Assembly: GCA_951406725.2 (NCBI GenBank)
Contig: OX597820.1
Span: 75,082,001 to 75,146,000 of the forward strand
Length of the DNA stretch: 64,000 nucleotides
Reading direction: 5' to 3'
DNA from: Octopus vulgaris
Taxonomy: Eukaryota
The notes under the pieces were generated by a model that was not told where the DNA came from, did no database searches, and was given only the letters and a program-made list of their open reading frames with translations. Shown here one piece after another: positions 39,263 through 52,858 of the stretch. Each line of letters opens with the position of its first letter. Within the stretch, counting starts at the first letter, position 1. Position numbers and translations under genes: made by a program.

Positions 39263-40444
39263 TCAGAGAGAGGGAGAAAGACAAAGAGAAATGGGGCTTT
39301 CAATTCCGCTTGGAAATTCACTTAGAAGTCGTTAGACGCCCCAGGGCTGTAGTACAAGATACCGCATATTGGGACTAATGAGGACATCACGCAGTCGCAA
39401 AACTAGTCTCTTAACCACACAATCTATCTTCTCTATGTTCTTTATGTTTATTTTTGAAACCTGTCTTTAGAGAGTCAATACCATTATTTCACTAGAAATT
39501 GTATAATTGGAACAAAACTTTTATTTATCAATAACAGTAGGAGGGCGAAACATATTGGTGTTTAGTACGAATCACATTAGCTTTAAAGTAATGCTTATGT
39601 CTATATATACACTAAGTAGAGACACTCGGATATACATACATACATTCATACATACATACATACATACATACATACATACATACATACATACATACATACA
39701 TACAATCACACACACTCATACACACACACAAGATTGTGAAATTAGCAGACCACACTCCTGTTTTATAAAGCTTTTGGTCCATTTCCCCACCCCAGCCGTC
39801 TTAAATCATTATTGTCCAAATAGATACCTCTCAATGTTTTAATGATTCTGATGGCATTGATCATTCATTCGCATTGTACTTATTTATATGCTTTTTTTTT
39901 TCGGCCACTTACAACATATACTACTTTTCCATACTTATATTTTTGTATGATTTTATTTATTTATACTGACCCGTATAACGGTCTTAATAGTTTGACCTAT
40001 ATTTTTAAATTTAACTAACCCAATTATATCGTATGCTGAACTTTGGTCAATCCCATTTCGACCAATAGGTGGTTAAACTTTACAACATATCAGTCAGTAA
40101 ATTATTGAAATTAATTGTTGAGCACTTTATTATGGCAAACCATTAATTACCACTATAAACATAATTAGTAAGAATTATTATGAATACTTCAATACGTTAT
40201 GGCACTCTCACTCCTCACTCCATCTATTTGCCATTTTTTATATTTTTTATTACTTATACACCCTGTTATCCCCATAGAAAAATTAACCCACCAATTAATA
40301 TTTTAAGTGTAGTCATTTACGCAACGTCCTGAAGTAACCATAAGCAAAATGGTATGATTTAAATATATTAAGCCTTCCATCTGCTTCTCGAGGGTCTTCT
40401 TCTTTTCTTTTCTTTCCTTTTCTTTTCTTTTATGTATTTTTCTT

Positions 40445-40565
40445 CAATCTGATGAAGCTCCATGTTCCAGATCGGATGTATTTCCAATATGGATGAATAT
40501 TATTTCTAAAATTTTCAATGGCAATACTATATAAACATTGGAAGCAGAAACAGCTGTTAGATGGG
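40445..40565 (+). ncRNA. Hammerhead-like motif with long stem II
   Basis: CTGATGA (40449-40455)-AGCTCCATGTT...AACATTGGAAGC-A-GAAA-CAGCTG-TT. Helix III is palindromic (CAGCTG); stem I pairs weakly. Confidence 0.5.
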
Positions 40566-40668
40566 ATACAGTCTATTTGTATTTAATTAAAAAGTAATAA
40601 TTGATGTTAGTCAATTGTTGTTGATCAATATTTCAATATTTCTCCATTTTCTGTTTACTTTATATTAT

Positions 40669-40711
<43 letters not shown>

Positions 40712-40725
<14 letters not shown>

Positions 40726-41032
40726 ATTGAGGTAATCAGATCAGATGGTTCATATTTGTAGATATTTATTTATATATTACATTTTTTACATATATATCAT
40801 ATCATTCGGATTAGCGCTTGCTCCCATTCTAGTGGGTTTTCAAATCAAATCAGTTGTGGGTAGTTTGAACCAGGTTCAAACTACCCACAACTGATTTGAT
40901 TTGAAAACCCACTAGAATGGGAGCAAGCGCTAATCCGAATGATATGATATATATGTAAAAAATGTAATATATAAATAAATATCTACAAATATGAACCATC
41001 TGATCTGATTACCTCAATTTTTCTAATATATA
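40712..41032. repeat. Perfect 321-bp palindrome (160-bp arms, 1-nt centre at 40872)
   Basis: The arms read as exact reverse complements, and the arm is homologous to 9019-9165. Confidence 0.95.
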
Positions 41033-41059
41033 ATACCTGTACATCATCTCCAAACCTTC

Positions 41060-41111
<52 letters not shown>

Positions 41112-41212
41112 AATCCAAACAAGAAAACACAGAAAAAAAGAGAAAAAACACAGCAACGCAGGACGTGGAACAATTAAAGTATTATTGACGCTCAGGAAAG
41201 AAGGGAAGGAGG

Positions 41213-41247
41213 GTTTAACGTTTCGAGCGGAGCTCTTCGTCGGAAAC
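41213..41247 (-). ncRNA. Minimal type I hammerhead (U4C core variant) in a PLE-terminus-like fragment (about 41109-41322)
   Basis: Minus strand: GTTT-CCGACGA-A-GAGC TCC GCTC-GAAA-CG-TT-AAAC. Stems I and II pair, and helix III is the palindrome ACGT. Confidence 0.65.
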
Positions 41248-41320
41248 AAGGAGAAGGAAAGATCCCAAGGAGGAAAGACAGAGGAGAAAATATTTGAGCT
41301 GGTGGTGCTCAAGAGATCAC

Positions 41321-41372
<52 letters not shown>

Positions 41373-41400
41373 AGATAGATTTCGATAGATAGATATAGAG

Positions 41401-41431
<31 letters not shown>

Positions 41432-41655
41432 GATTGATAGATAAATAGATATTCATAACTGTACAAGCATACATATATAGTATATAGTAAAACTTTACTG
41501 ACTAACTCCAGAAGCATTATGATGTTCATATATTAACTGATCGGTATATGTTAGGCGAAATTGTTATAACTTGCAAGTAGAGCACCACCAAGCAGTATGT
41601 CGATTGTATAAATCAGCTCTCTCTCTCTCCTTTTACTCTCTCTATACATATATAC

Positions 41656-41709
<54 letters not shown>

Positions 41710-42216
41710 CTGATATTGTACTTTTCTGATATTTAAAATTATATTTTGGTCAAATGCATCTTTAATTTCCTCTCAGCTTCTCTTATCACACAGATTTCTG
41801 AACCGTGATGTTGGTCACATAGCAAAATAGAATATCGATCGTGTTATTTTCTCATATTTATGTACTTATTTTTTTATCTAATTCATGTTAACGAAACTAA
41901 TACGATCCATAATGCATACGCTATTTTCTCTACAGCTAATTCCAGATATTATAAAAGAAACAAATTAAATTCTCTTCGATTGAAGACCGTCTATTCTCCG
42001 TAAGTTTAACACTGTATTTTGCTATTATTATTAATTTCTTTGTAGACATCACCGAAAATATGTTTTTTATAAAGTACTTGTGATGCCATTTTGGCTATAA
42101 CGTTCATCTTTCTGCTATAATGTTGCATTTTTTTAGCTATACATCACGAAGATGTCCGCTGACAGCTTCCTGAATTTTTATCAAGAGGTTTGCATTAAAC
42201 TTTTTGGGTGAGTGTG

Positions 42217-42311
<95 letters not shown>

Positions 42312-42812
42312 GCATATTTCGATTATTAATACCGAAAAGAAATGTGAATATATATATATATATTAATTCCCGACGGAAAAAAGAAAACGGTAGCCGCATT
42401 TTACTTCAAGTTTTTCATATTAGTACCTAATTGAATCAAGAAAAAAAAAAAAAAAAAAACACTTGATACAAATTTGCAAACTGATGTTCAATTCCATTCA
42501 ATAATAGCTATTTTCTTTGGGGTGCATTGGTGCGTTCTAATCTGGTACAGATTTAGACGAATTTTTCTCACGATCTTACAGTTGTAGAACATGTTTCCTA
42601 AAGTAGCTACAATCTAAATTTAATATTTACTGATACAATCTACATCAAGATATAGATAGTTTGTAATTCTTTAATATGATTGAGTTGGCGCTGCAATGTT
42701 TATCGTCCAATTTCATTGAAGTACTGCAAGCAAACTAAAGAGATTTGATTATGCATTATGTAATCAAGCAGTTTAATTAATACGAATTATACGAATTCGC
42801 CCATATCTGGAG

Positions 42813-42854
<42 letters not shown>

Positions 42855-42899
42855 CTCCAGTATGTGTTAATTCATTCTGTAATGTATGATATAATATAT

Positions 42900-43049
42900 G
42901 CGGCTGAGTGGTAAGAAGCTTCATTCCCAAGAACATAGTTCCGGGTTCAGTGCCACTGCGTGGCACCTTAGGCAAGTGACTTGTGCTATAGTCTCGGCCG
43001 AACAATGCCTTGTGAGTGGATTTGGTAGATGTAAACTGAAAGACGCTCG

Positions 43050-43099
<50 letters not shown>

Positions 43100-43430
43100 G
43101 AGTAAGCACACAAATGTGAAACAAAGTGGAAAAAGGAGTACTCAAATGCCAGAGGTAGAGTAATATGCTTTATTTAAAAGCAGCAGAAATATAACAAAAG
43201 CTGTTACTCGGAGTTTCATGTTCCCGTTCAGTTATATATATGTATATATATATATATATATATATTTATGCGTGTGTTCTTGTGACAGTATTTGTGGTTC
43301 AGCAAAAGAGACTCATAAGATAAGTACTAGGCTTACAAAGAATAATCCCTAGGATAGATTTCTTCGTCTAAAAGCCCTATAAGGTGATGCTCCAGAATGG
43401 TCGCAGTCAAATGACTGAAACAAATGAAAT
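42900..43430 (+). mobile_element. SINE family A with a PLE-terminus-like fragment (43098-43231) nested in its (TA)n tract
   Basis: Family A head and tail flank a non-SINE segment whose minus strand has CTGA-ACGGGAACAT-GAAA-CTCCGAG-TA (truncated HHR-like). Confidence 0.75.
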
Positions 43431-44286
43431 TACTGAAACGCACACCCAGAAACACTCCCACACACACATATATATGTATATATATATACAGAGAGGGGGG
43501 GAGCAAAATGCAATTCCGAAGATTCAAATCCACTACAATTGTTTCGACGCATTCTGCACCGCTTCAGGTGACGTTTTAGACAAGTATCTCAGTATTTCTC
43601 TGCACCGTTTCATGTTTGCATTATGCACTTGTGATGTAAGACAATTGATCGGTCAGCGTCTCATCTAGAAGCTAAAGGTTTAGAGTGTGTCGCAACAACT
43701 ATAGTGATTTTGAATAAGGAGTCACGTGTGTTCTATTTTCTCTTTCTGATTTAACTTTTCTATAAAGTCTACGGACTCCAAAGAATTACTAATGTAAATC
43801 CGGTACACATCTTATACAGTTTCTGTTTACCGTATAAATGTTTGTTGAGTTTGCAAAATGCTGAGGTGAAATTTACAAAATAATGTAGGTAGTTATACGC
43901 AGTATCAAACCTACAAAGGCAAATTCAATCGTGGCAACGGTCACATAATTTTACAGACAAATCTAGTCTACTCCACTGATCTAGAATAATTTACGAGGTG
44001 GTTATCTCTCCTATCCGTATAAGAAAATATGCTTCCTTGCAGCAGTTCTAAGAGTTTTAACTATTATTTCTAGCAAAATAGGTGCTACACAGCACCCCTA
44101 AGTCACAATTAGTGAGGATTTTATAGTGCCTTAAATCACTCCAATACACTACGCCGTTAGAACCTTTTGAACTTTTCCGAACTTATTTTGTACTTTCTGC
44201 GTTTTCCTATTGTCCTTTTTTCTTACTCTGTTTCTTTTTTGAAAGTTTTCTTTTTCTATTCTCTCATTGTTTATTTTGTCATGGTC

Positions 44287-44322
44287 CTTTCTCTTGAAGA
44301 GCGCAGGCCCGAAACGTAAAAG
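44287..44322 (+). ncRNA. Decayed minimal hammerhead motif
   Basis: CTTT-CTCTTGA-A-GAGC GCAG GCCC-GAAA-CG-TA-AAAG. Same architecture as 41213-41247 but with core mutations. Confidence 0.45.
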
Positions 44323-44404
44323 ATCTCACATTCCCGAGCGTTAAATTAATATACCTGTTTGTTGTTTACATACCTGTCTTCGTCCTTTTTTTGCAAATTC
44401 CAAC

Positions 44405-44453
<49 letters not shown>

Positions 44454-44458
<5 letters not shown>

Positions 44459-46116
44459 AATAAAATATATGCATATATATAAACATATATGTACGTACCT
44501 ACCTCTACATGTACATATACACGCATATATGTGTACAGGACACCAAAAGGACGTCGAACACATAGAGAGACGAAAAACATAGACACAAACCAAGGAACAA
44601 GACAAGCAAAAAAAGGAGATACAGGACAATAAGCACAACGAAAAATCCCCTTCTTCAGTCGCTAAAGTTTCATCTACTAAACGTTTCAAAGGATAAAAGC
44701 GAGACGTATACTTCGAATGAAAAATTCCTTCCTGCGAAAAGCAAATCAATTAAAATTCTGAGATCTTGTCGCAGAGGGGTAAAAAAAGCAAGACGGTAAC
44801 GACAGTACAAACATATAAACAGTAAAAAATATATATATAAACAGTGGAAAAATAAATATATAACAGTGAGAGACAGGACAAGGAGAACAAGATAAGAAGG
44901 GCTGTTAACGCCAGACGAAAAAAGTATTGCAAACGCTGGATTATAGTGGACGACGAGAGAGGAAGATGTCGACCAGTGGCCTTAGAAGGCAGGTGAGAAA
45001 AGACGGGATAGCAGTTACGACGGAAGTTCGTCGCAGATGGACGACGGGAATGGGGGAGAAGGAGCAAGAGGAAGAGAGAGAAGAAGGGGAATGGTGCGAG
45101 GAGACCATGAAGAACAGTAGGGGAGAGAGAGAGGAAGAGACAAGTTAAGTGAGGGAAAAAAGACGAGAAAGGGAATGGGAGAGAAAGAAAGAAAGATGCA
45201 GAGTCGCGTGAGAGTTAATATCAAGGCGAACTTGATAAACAGAACAATCTTACTTAATAGGGTGCGTGCGTTTAGTCGTATAATATGTTAATAAAATATA
45301 TGCATATATATAAACATATATGTACGTACCTACCTCTACATGTACATATACACGCATATATGTGTACAGGACACCAAAAGGACGTCGAACACATAGAGAG
45401 ACGAAAAACATAGACACAAACCAAGGAACAAGACAAGCAAAAAAAGGAGATACAGGACAATAAGCACAACGAAAAATCCCCTTCTTCAGTCGCTAAAGTT
45501 TCATCTACTAAACGTTTCAAAGGATAAAAGCGAGACGTATACTTCGAATGAAAAATTCCTTCCTGCGAAAAGCAAATCAATTAAAATTCTGAGATCTTGT
45601 CGCAGAGGGGTAAAAAAAAGCAAGACGGTAACGACAGTACAAACATATAAACAGTAAAAAATATATATATAAACAGTGGAAAAATAAATATATAACAGTG
45701 AGAGACAGGACAAGGAGAACAAGATAAGAAGGGCTGTTAACGCCAGACGAAAAAAGTATTGCAAACGCTGGATTATAGTGGACGACGAGAGAGGAAGATG
45801 TCGACCAGTGGCCTTAGAAGGCAGGTGAGAAAAGACGGGATAGCAGTTACGACGGAAGTTCGTCGCAGATGGACGACGGGAATGGGGGAGAAGGAGCAAG
45901 AGGAAGAGAGAGAAGAAGGGGAATGGTGCGAGGAGACCATGAAGAACAGTAGGGGGAGAGAGAGAGGAAGAGACAAGTTAAGTGAGGGAAAAAGACGAGA
46001 AAGGGAATGGGAGAGAAAGAAAGAAAGATGCAGAGTCGCGTGAGAGTTAATATCAAGGCGAACTTGATAAACAGAACAATCTTACTTAATAGGGTGCGTG
46101 CGTTTAGTCGTATAAT
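44454..46116. repeat. Head-to-tail duplication of an ~831-bp non-coding unit
   Basis: The units are 44454-45284 and 45285-46116, and a third starts at 46117. The only differences seen were homopolymer lengths. Confidence 0.95.
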
Positions 46117-46132
46117 ATGTTAATAAAATATA

Positions 46133-46183
<51 letters not shown>

Positions 46184-46288
46184 GTATGTATATGTATACG
46201 CACGTACATACGTATATACGTACATATGTACGCAAATATAGGTTTACACACATATATATATATATATTGTATACAAATACACACACAC

Positions 46289-46348
<60 letters not shown>

Positions 46349-46384
46349 ACAGATACATACATACATGCATATATGTGTGTGTGA

Positions 46385-47430
46385 GTGTAAAAGTTCTATT
46401 AAATTCACAGCTGTGTTATTTTATTTTAGAATTTTCGTATAGTGATATTAGAATTTATTCTCTTCATTTGGAATAAAAATATTACTAAAATCATATTCTT
46501 TTCTTTCAGACATTCAGCAGAATTGCTTTCAACATTTGTCGCTAGTGCTCTTTCTTATATGCTGGTTGAATTCCTGTAGATTTTCCCGTCAATATTGATT
46601 ATTCATTCTTTCTTTACCTTTTAGGCGCATCCTTTAACATTTCCGTTTTAATTTGTTGCGGTGAAATTCTTCGCAGTTGGTGTGTTGTGCCAAAAAGCAT
46701 ATGTAGCGTTTGCGACGCGGATATTGATTGCGTGTTTATTTTGGTATTTTATTGCGATATGAGTATGGCTTCCGTGATTAATCTCCTATTTGTGTGATGA
46801 TTTTTACTAATTACGTAAGTATTCTCTTTCAGTATTTTCTACTTAATTTCATTTTGTGGAGTGTGGTAGAGTGTTTCACAATAAATCCTTATTGTAAATA
46901 CACGGTGTGTCTGCAAATGATTGCTGTTCTAGTAAGTCCAATGTCACAGCTAAACAAATTTTTAGGTTACATTGGTCATTCGTGGCTTGTTCACAGGGTT
47001 ACACGCTTGTTGTGTTATTGGTAAAGCTGCATTCTGTTTTCGCATGTTTGTATTATATTATTAGTTTAAGCTAATGATGACATGTGATGTATTTTGCGTT
47101 CGATTTTACGATGGTTTCCATTACGTATTCGTCTGATTCATAGTCCTTATGCATTTGATTCATATAAATTTTAGGTGCGGCTCGTATTAAGTGTATTCGG
47201 AGATGTATTTGTTTTATCATGTTTTTGTCTATATGCTTCTATCGCTTAATCTACTCACCTGTTAGTATATCCAGTGTTAATGTTTGTTGGATTAGATATT
47301 TTCCTTGCTCTGATGCATTGTTTATCGATGTGAATATAGCATAAATGACTTACAAAGGCGTGACTTGGACATCTGTTCTGTGGACATTCACTGTATCTAT
47401 GTAGGTAAATACATTTCTTTGATTCTTCGG
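46385..47430 (-). mobile_element. Highly decayed Penelope-like element, 3' part
   Basis: Minus-strand fragments YSECPQ, NTGYTN, DIGLTRTAI and ENTYVI...RRLITEAILI...INTQ resemble the PLE thumb and GIY-YIG C-terminus. There are many stops and frameshifts. Confidence 0.55.
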
Positions 47431-47459
47431 TGAGTTCTGACGGGACCTTTTATCGTTAT

Positions 47460-48005
47460 TTTTCCTTCTCATTTGACTGTAGCCCAGCTGGGGTGTCGGG
47501 CTGAAGAATTATTGTCAGATTAAACGATCCTAGTACTTTTTTTTCAAGCCTGGTATTTAATCTATCGGTCTTTTGTGGAAGTGCAAAGTAACATTTATTT
47601 GTTTATCCGTCGTTATCGACGATGCCTAAGAAGATCACATGGGGGAAAGAGACGGAACAGAGTGTGTCCGACAGTGGCCAACCAGTTCGATGTGTGCATA
47701 GAAGGCTGTGCCGTAGATCGGGTTTTGGAGATCTGTTGGCTCTGAAGACACGCAGATGGCTCTGGACTCGCATAGTGCGAGTTTTCTTTGTGCTCGGGCA
47801 TTGCTGTTCTGTTCGTATGAGGTGGTACTTCGGTTGGTGTAGCTTCACCAGGCTGTGCAGTCCTCTGCTTGCGCTTCCCAAGAGTGCTTTCGGAGCCGTA
47901 AACACACCAACAACGGTTGAAGACAAACACAGAAACAAAAACCGTGCGCGCACGTGTGTTCGACGGGCTTCTTACAGTTTTCGTCTTCCAAATCTACTCT
48001 CAAGG
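47460..48005 (-). mobile_element. SINE family A remnant interrupted by an RTE fragment
   Basis: Family A tail at 47460-47592 resumes at about 47896 (CGTAAACACACC...CGACGGGCTTCTT). Confidence 0.7.
47597..47895 (-). mobile_element. RTE-clade LINE extreme 3' fragment
   Basis: Translates to SWEAQAEDCTAW...YEQN...AQRK...GTAFYAHIELVGHCRTH, a degenerate RTE C-terminus and C2H2 region. Confidence 0.7.
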
Positions 48006-48174
48006 ACGTATCTGTTTCTTCAGTTACACATATTTGTATTTTAAAAAATAGGATCACATTTGTATTATTTTGAAACGAAAAGAAATTGAAACATATCTAA
48101 AATAACAAAGATAAAACTTGAACGAAGTTGTGGTCTTAATAAAACGTGAATAAAAGAAAAATTGCTTCACGTTC

Positions 48175-48680
<506 letters not shown>

Positions 48681-50574
48681 AAAGTTACACACAAGTATAT
48701 ACGTTTATATATTGTTCGATAGTATTTGAGATAACAAGGGCCTGTTTTTGTTTTTTGGTTATATTTCTTTGTTTTATATATTCTATTTTTTTAAAATTTC
48801 CTTGCTTGCTCGTACGCCGGGGTAAAATGTTTACCGGCATTTCTTCCGTCTTTACGTTCTATGTTCAAAGTTAACGTTGCCTATCATCCTTGCCTTTCAT
48901 CCTTTAACCCACTCGAATACGGGGTCGATATAATCGACAACCCCTCCCTCAGAAACTGCTGGCTCTGTGCTACAATTTGAAACCAATATCGTAATAATAT
49001 ATTCAGGCCTATATATATAGTTATTGTTACATAGATTCAATGCTTGATATTTTGGGCTTAAGAAACGTTAGAGTACACTTTGGAATAAACAAATCTTTCC
49101 CGAAGAATATGGAATAACTTTGTACGTTTTAAATGACTTCAAACCGTCAAACTGTAGATGCAACAACACGTATTTCTTTCTTATATAGGAGTATATAACA
49201 TTTTTATTCGAAAGACCAGCCGTCGATTACATTGGCCTCATTAAATAAGCGTGCAATATTTTACCGACCGCATTATGATTTGAGCACATAACAATAATTT
49301 GACCAGATACAGTAAAGCATGTAATTTATTTCAATATGGTGTTGGCTAGAATAACACCTTCTCTAAAAATAACAATTTTAGAAATATTTTGTAATGTTTC
49401 CAAGAAAAGTTTTGTATGTCTTCAATGATGCTGTTATCAAGTAACACATATCAATAGATTTCTATTTTTGTGTGTGATATTTATGAATTTTAATATCATT
49501 CGTTGTACTAATGTCAGTAGCATTCGCCATAATCTGAAATAGGTACTAAAATGAACACTTTTGGCAAAAACCGAACTGAATGAAGTGAAGAAGTTAAGAA
49601 AAAAAGTTTATCCATTTTCGAAACTTATTACATAAAGTCTTCCGAAGAGAAAAGAAGACATCACGCATCGTAATTAGTTTCGCTACCAAATAAAATAGAA
49701 AGAAACTAAATGGAATCTATAAAATAAAAATGGATAAATAACGATTATTAACCACAGAAAGACTTCCCATTTCGTCCAGAAATACGAATTCTTAGAAGGT
49801 CTGTCTGAGAAAAAAAAAAAAAAGCCAAATGATTTTTCCTTCATGAATGAAGAGGTACAATACGGCAATCCCGCACACGGTAAAACGTACGTCGGAACAA
49901 AAATAGATAGCATAAAATATTTGAATACGTAGATCAGAAAGAAAAGCAAGAAAAATATGGTATCAAAGAATGTACAACGTTTTCTCTTTTGAACACCTGT
50001 AAAAAAATTTTCAGCTTCCTTATCTTACGGGAAATTTTCACACACACACAAACACACACACAAACACGCATGCGCGCGCACACGCAGAAACATACATATA
50101 GACACTCAATCACATACATGCACACACAAACGCAAAAATACTCATACACACTCAAAGAGATGCACTCACAGACACATATGCGCAAAGAAACACATACACA
50201 CTCAAACACACATATGAACATATACATGCGCAAACACACACACGAACACACACCGCACACACGCACCGACAGAGGCATAAACATCCGCATATGTACAGTG
50301 AGAGCTGTTGCACACAAAAACACACACTTGCACGCACACACACGCATATACATATACAGTGCTGGTAAATATATATATACAAACCCTACACAAATTAGGT
50401 ATCGAATTCAGGTTAATATACCCATTTGTTGAATGCGTGTACTGACGGGCAGCTATGAGAAATTCACATTTCCTTGCGAAAGTGGTTTTGATGCTCATCT
50501 AAATACTCGTACTAATCGACTGCTAAAATCATATATATGGCATTTTAGCACAAGGAAATTGTGTTCGCATGATA

Positions 50575-50605
<31 letters not shown>

Positions 50606-50641
50606 CATACATACATACATACATACATACATACATACATA

Positions 50642-51207
50642 CGAGGGTGAGTCAAAAAATGATGCCATTTTATTTAGGACAGGTATAATATCCAGTACCG
50701 GAATGTATATCATACATCAAAATGAAGCTGGTCCCCTGTCGATCACATCCCTACTTCTCAACATAGTCACCGTTTCTCTCAATGGCAATGTTCCACCTTC
50801 GAATGAGAGCATTTGTCCCTGCCCCGTAACATTCTATTAACTGTTCTTTGAGCCACTTCTTCACTACAGTTTTAACTTCCTCGTCACGGGAATAATGTTT
50901 GCCTCTCAAACCTTCTTTCATGGGACCGAAGAGATGATAGTCCAGTGACGATGATAGTCCAGTGACGAAGAAGTGAAAATTGTGGTGAAGAAGTGACTCA
51001 AAGGACAGTCCACAGAATTTTACGGGGCAGGGATACGTGCTCTCATCCGAAGGCGGAACATTGCTATCGAGAGAAAAGATGACTATGTTGAGGAGTAGGG
51101 ATCTGATCCGCAGCGGACCAGCTTCATTTTGATGCATGATACAAGTTCCTGTGTTGGTAATTATACCTGTCCTAAACAAAATGGTATTACTTTGTGACTC
51201 ACCCTCG
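50642..51207. mobile_element. Palindromic mariner-derived MITE made of two inverted 3' ends
   Basis: TA|CGAGGGTGAGTCA...TGACTCACCCTCG|TA sits inside (CATA)n/(TACA)n. The left arm on minus encodes DYHLFGPMKEGLRGKHYSRDEEVK...WNIAIERNGDYVEK (mariner C-terminus); the right arm is an inverted homologue. Confidence 0.9.
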
Positions 51208-51210
51208 TAC

Positions 51211-51266
<56 letters not shown>

Positions 51267-51755
51267 GTATACATACTTGCATTTATATATAAAGAGATAG
51301 ATGAAGTTATACACACACTCATAACTTTGTTGTTTATTCTGAACTTCCTGTATTTATATAGGAAAAGGAATGGAGAAAGGGGTGTGGAAAATATCTTTAT
51401 AACATATGGGTTGAGAGAAACGGACGGTGCAGAAAGTTATCCTGGTTTGATACAGGGATATTACAACTGTTTAGTGTACAATCAAGCATGCAAGTAAAGG
51501 AACAAAACAAGATGTGGCATATATCATAATTTCTAAAAATTTTCCTGGGATTAAGTGTGATTCCTGTCATATAATCACGGTCTGGTGCAAGGTTACTCTT
51601 CACAAAATCCCTTTATTCATAAAACTGGTTTAACATATAACAGAGCAAAGACCACATAATGGTCGAGTATATGTTGGTATTAGGAGATTTATTTAAAGCA
51701 ATTCTATACTAGATCTTTTCAAAAGACTTAAAATGAAAGATTATGTGAATATTCT

Positions 51756-52136
51756 TTTCTACTCTAAGCACAAAGCTCAAAATCTTTGGAGAGGGGGTCA
51801 ATCAATTAGATCGACTCCAGTATGCAACTGGTACTTAATTTATAAAACCCGAAAGGATGAAAGGTAAAGTCAAACTCGGTGGAATTTGAATTCAGAACGT
51901 AAAGATGAAATACCTATTTAGAAATACCTATTTCCACAGAGAGGACAAACAAGGACAGACAGACATATTAAGTCGATTACATCGAATCCAGTGCGTAACT
52001 GGTACTTAATTTATCGACTCCGAGAGGATGAAAGGCAAAGTTGACCTCGGCGGAATTTGAACTCCGAACGTAGCAGCATACGAAAAACCGCTAATCATTT
52101 CGCCTGGCGTGCTAACGTTTCTGCCAGCTCGCCGCC
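51756..52136 (-). mobile_element. SINE family C
   Basis: Reverse complement of 7464-7852. Confidence 0.9.
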
Positions 52137-52500
52137 TTAGATTATGTAAATATTAGCTCTCTAATTGATGTCATATAAACGGAGGGAAAAACAGGCATAT
52201 AAATGGTTATATATCATGATGAAACGAATAACTGCAACTAATATCCCATTCATTTAATTCAGACTACCAGCACAAACTTTCTTCGCCTTTCACATTTTCA
52301 AACTAAGCGACACAGTATTTTCATCGACATTACTCCACCTAGCAAAGGATCATCCTGCTAAAAGTTATATGAAAGTAGAATGACCAATGTACACTACACT
52401 TTTTCATAAAGATTCCTCATAATTTTCCCAATACAGATACACATACTTCCCCTTCTTATTGTCATTGAGCTATCTGTCTGTCTGTCTGTCTGTCCGCCTG

Positions 52501-52532
<32 letters not shown>

Positions 52533-52781
52533 CAGAGAGAAAAGACATAGATAGATGGATAAACGGATTGACAAACAATGCAAATATTACATCAGTTTAA
52601 AATGTTTGCATTGTTCAATTAAATGGAGTCGCATGAAACGATCGTACTACATTACCTCTGGATATCCTTGATGTTTATTTTGATTATAATCACCCCATTT
52701 TGAATTATATTGATAGTACCATACTAAATTCTGGTACCTTTAACTTCAGTACCACATTCCTCTGAATCTACTTTTTACTGA

Positions 52782-52858
<77 letters not shown>

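Noticed and set aside
49934-50498. Long His/Thr- or Cys/Val-rich ORFs
   Set aside because: A degenerate (CA)n-derived low-complexity tract.
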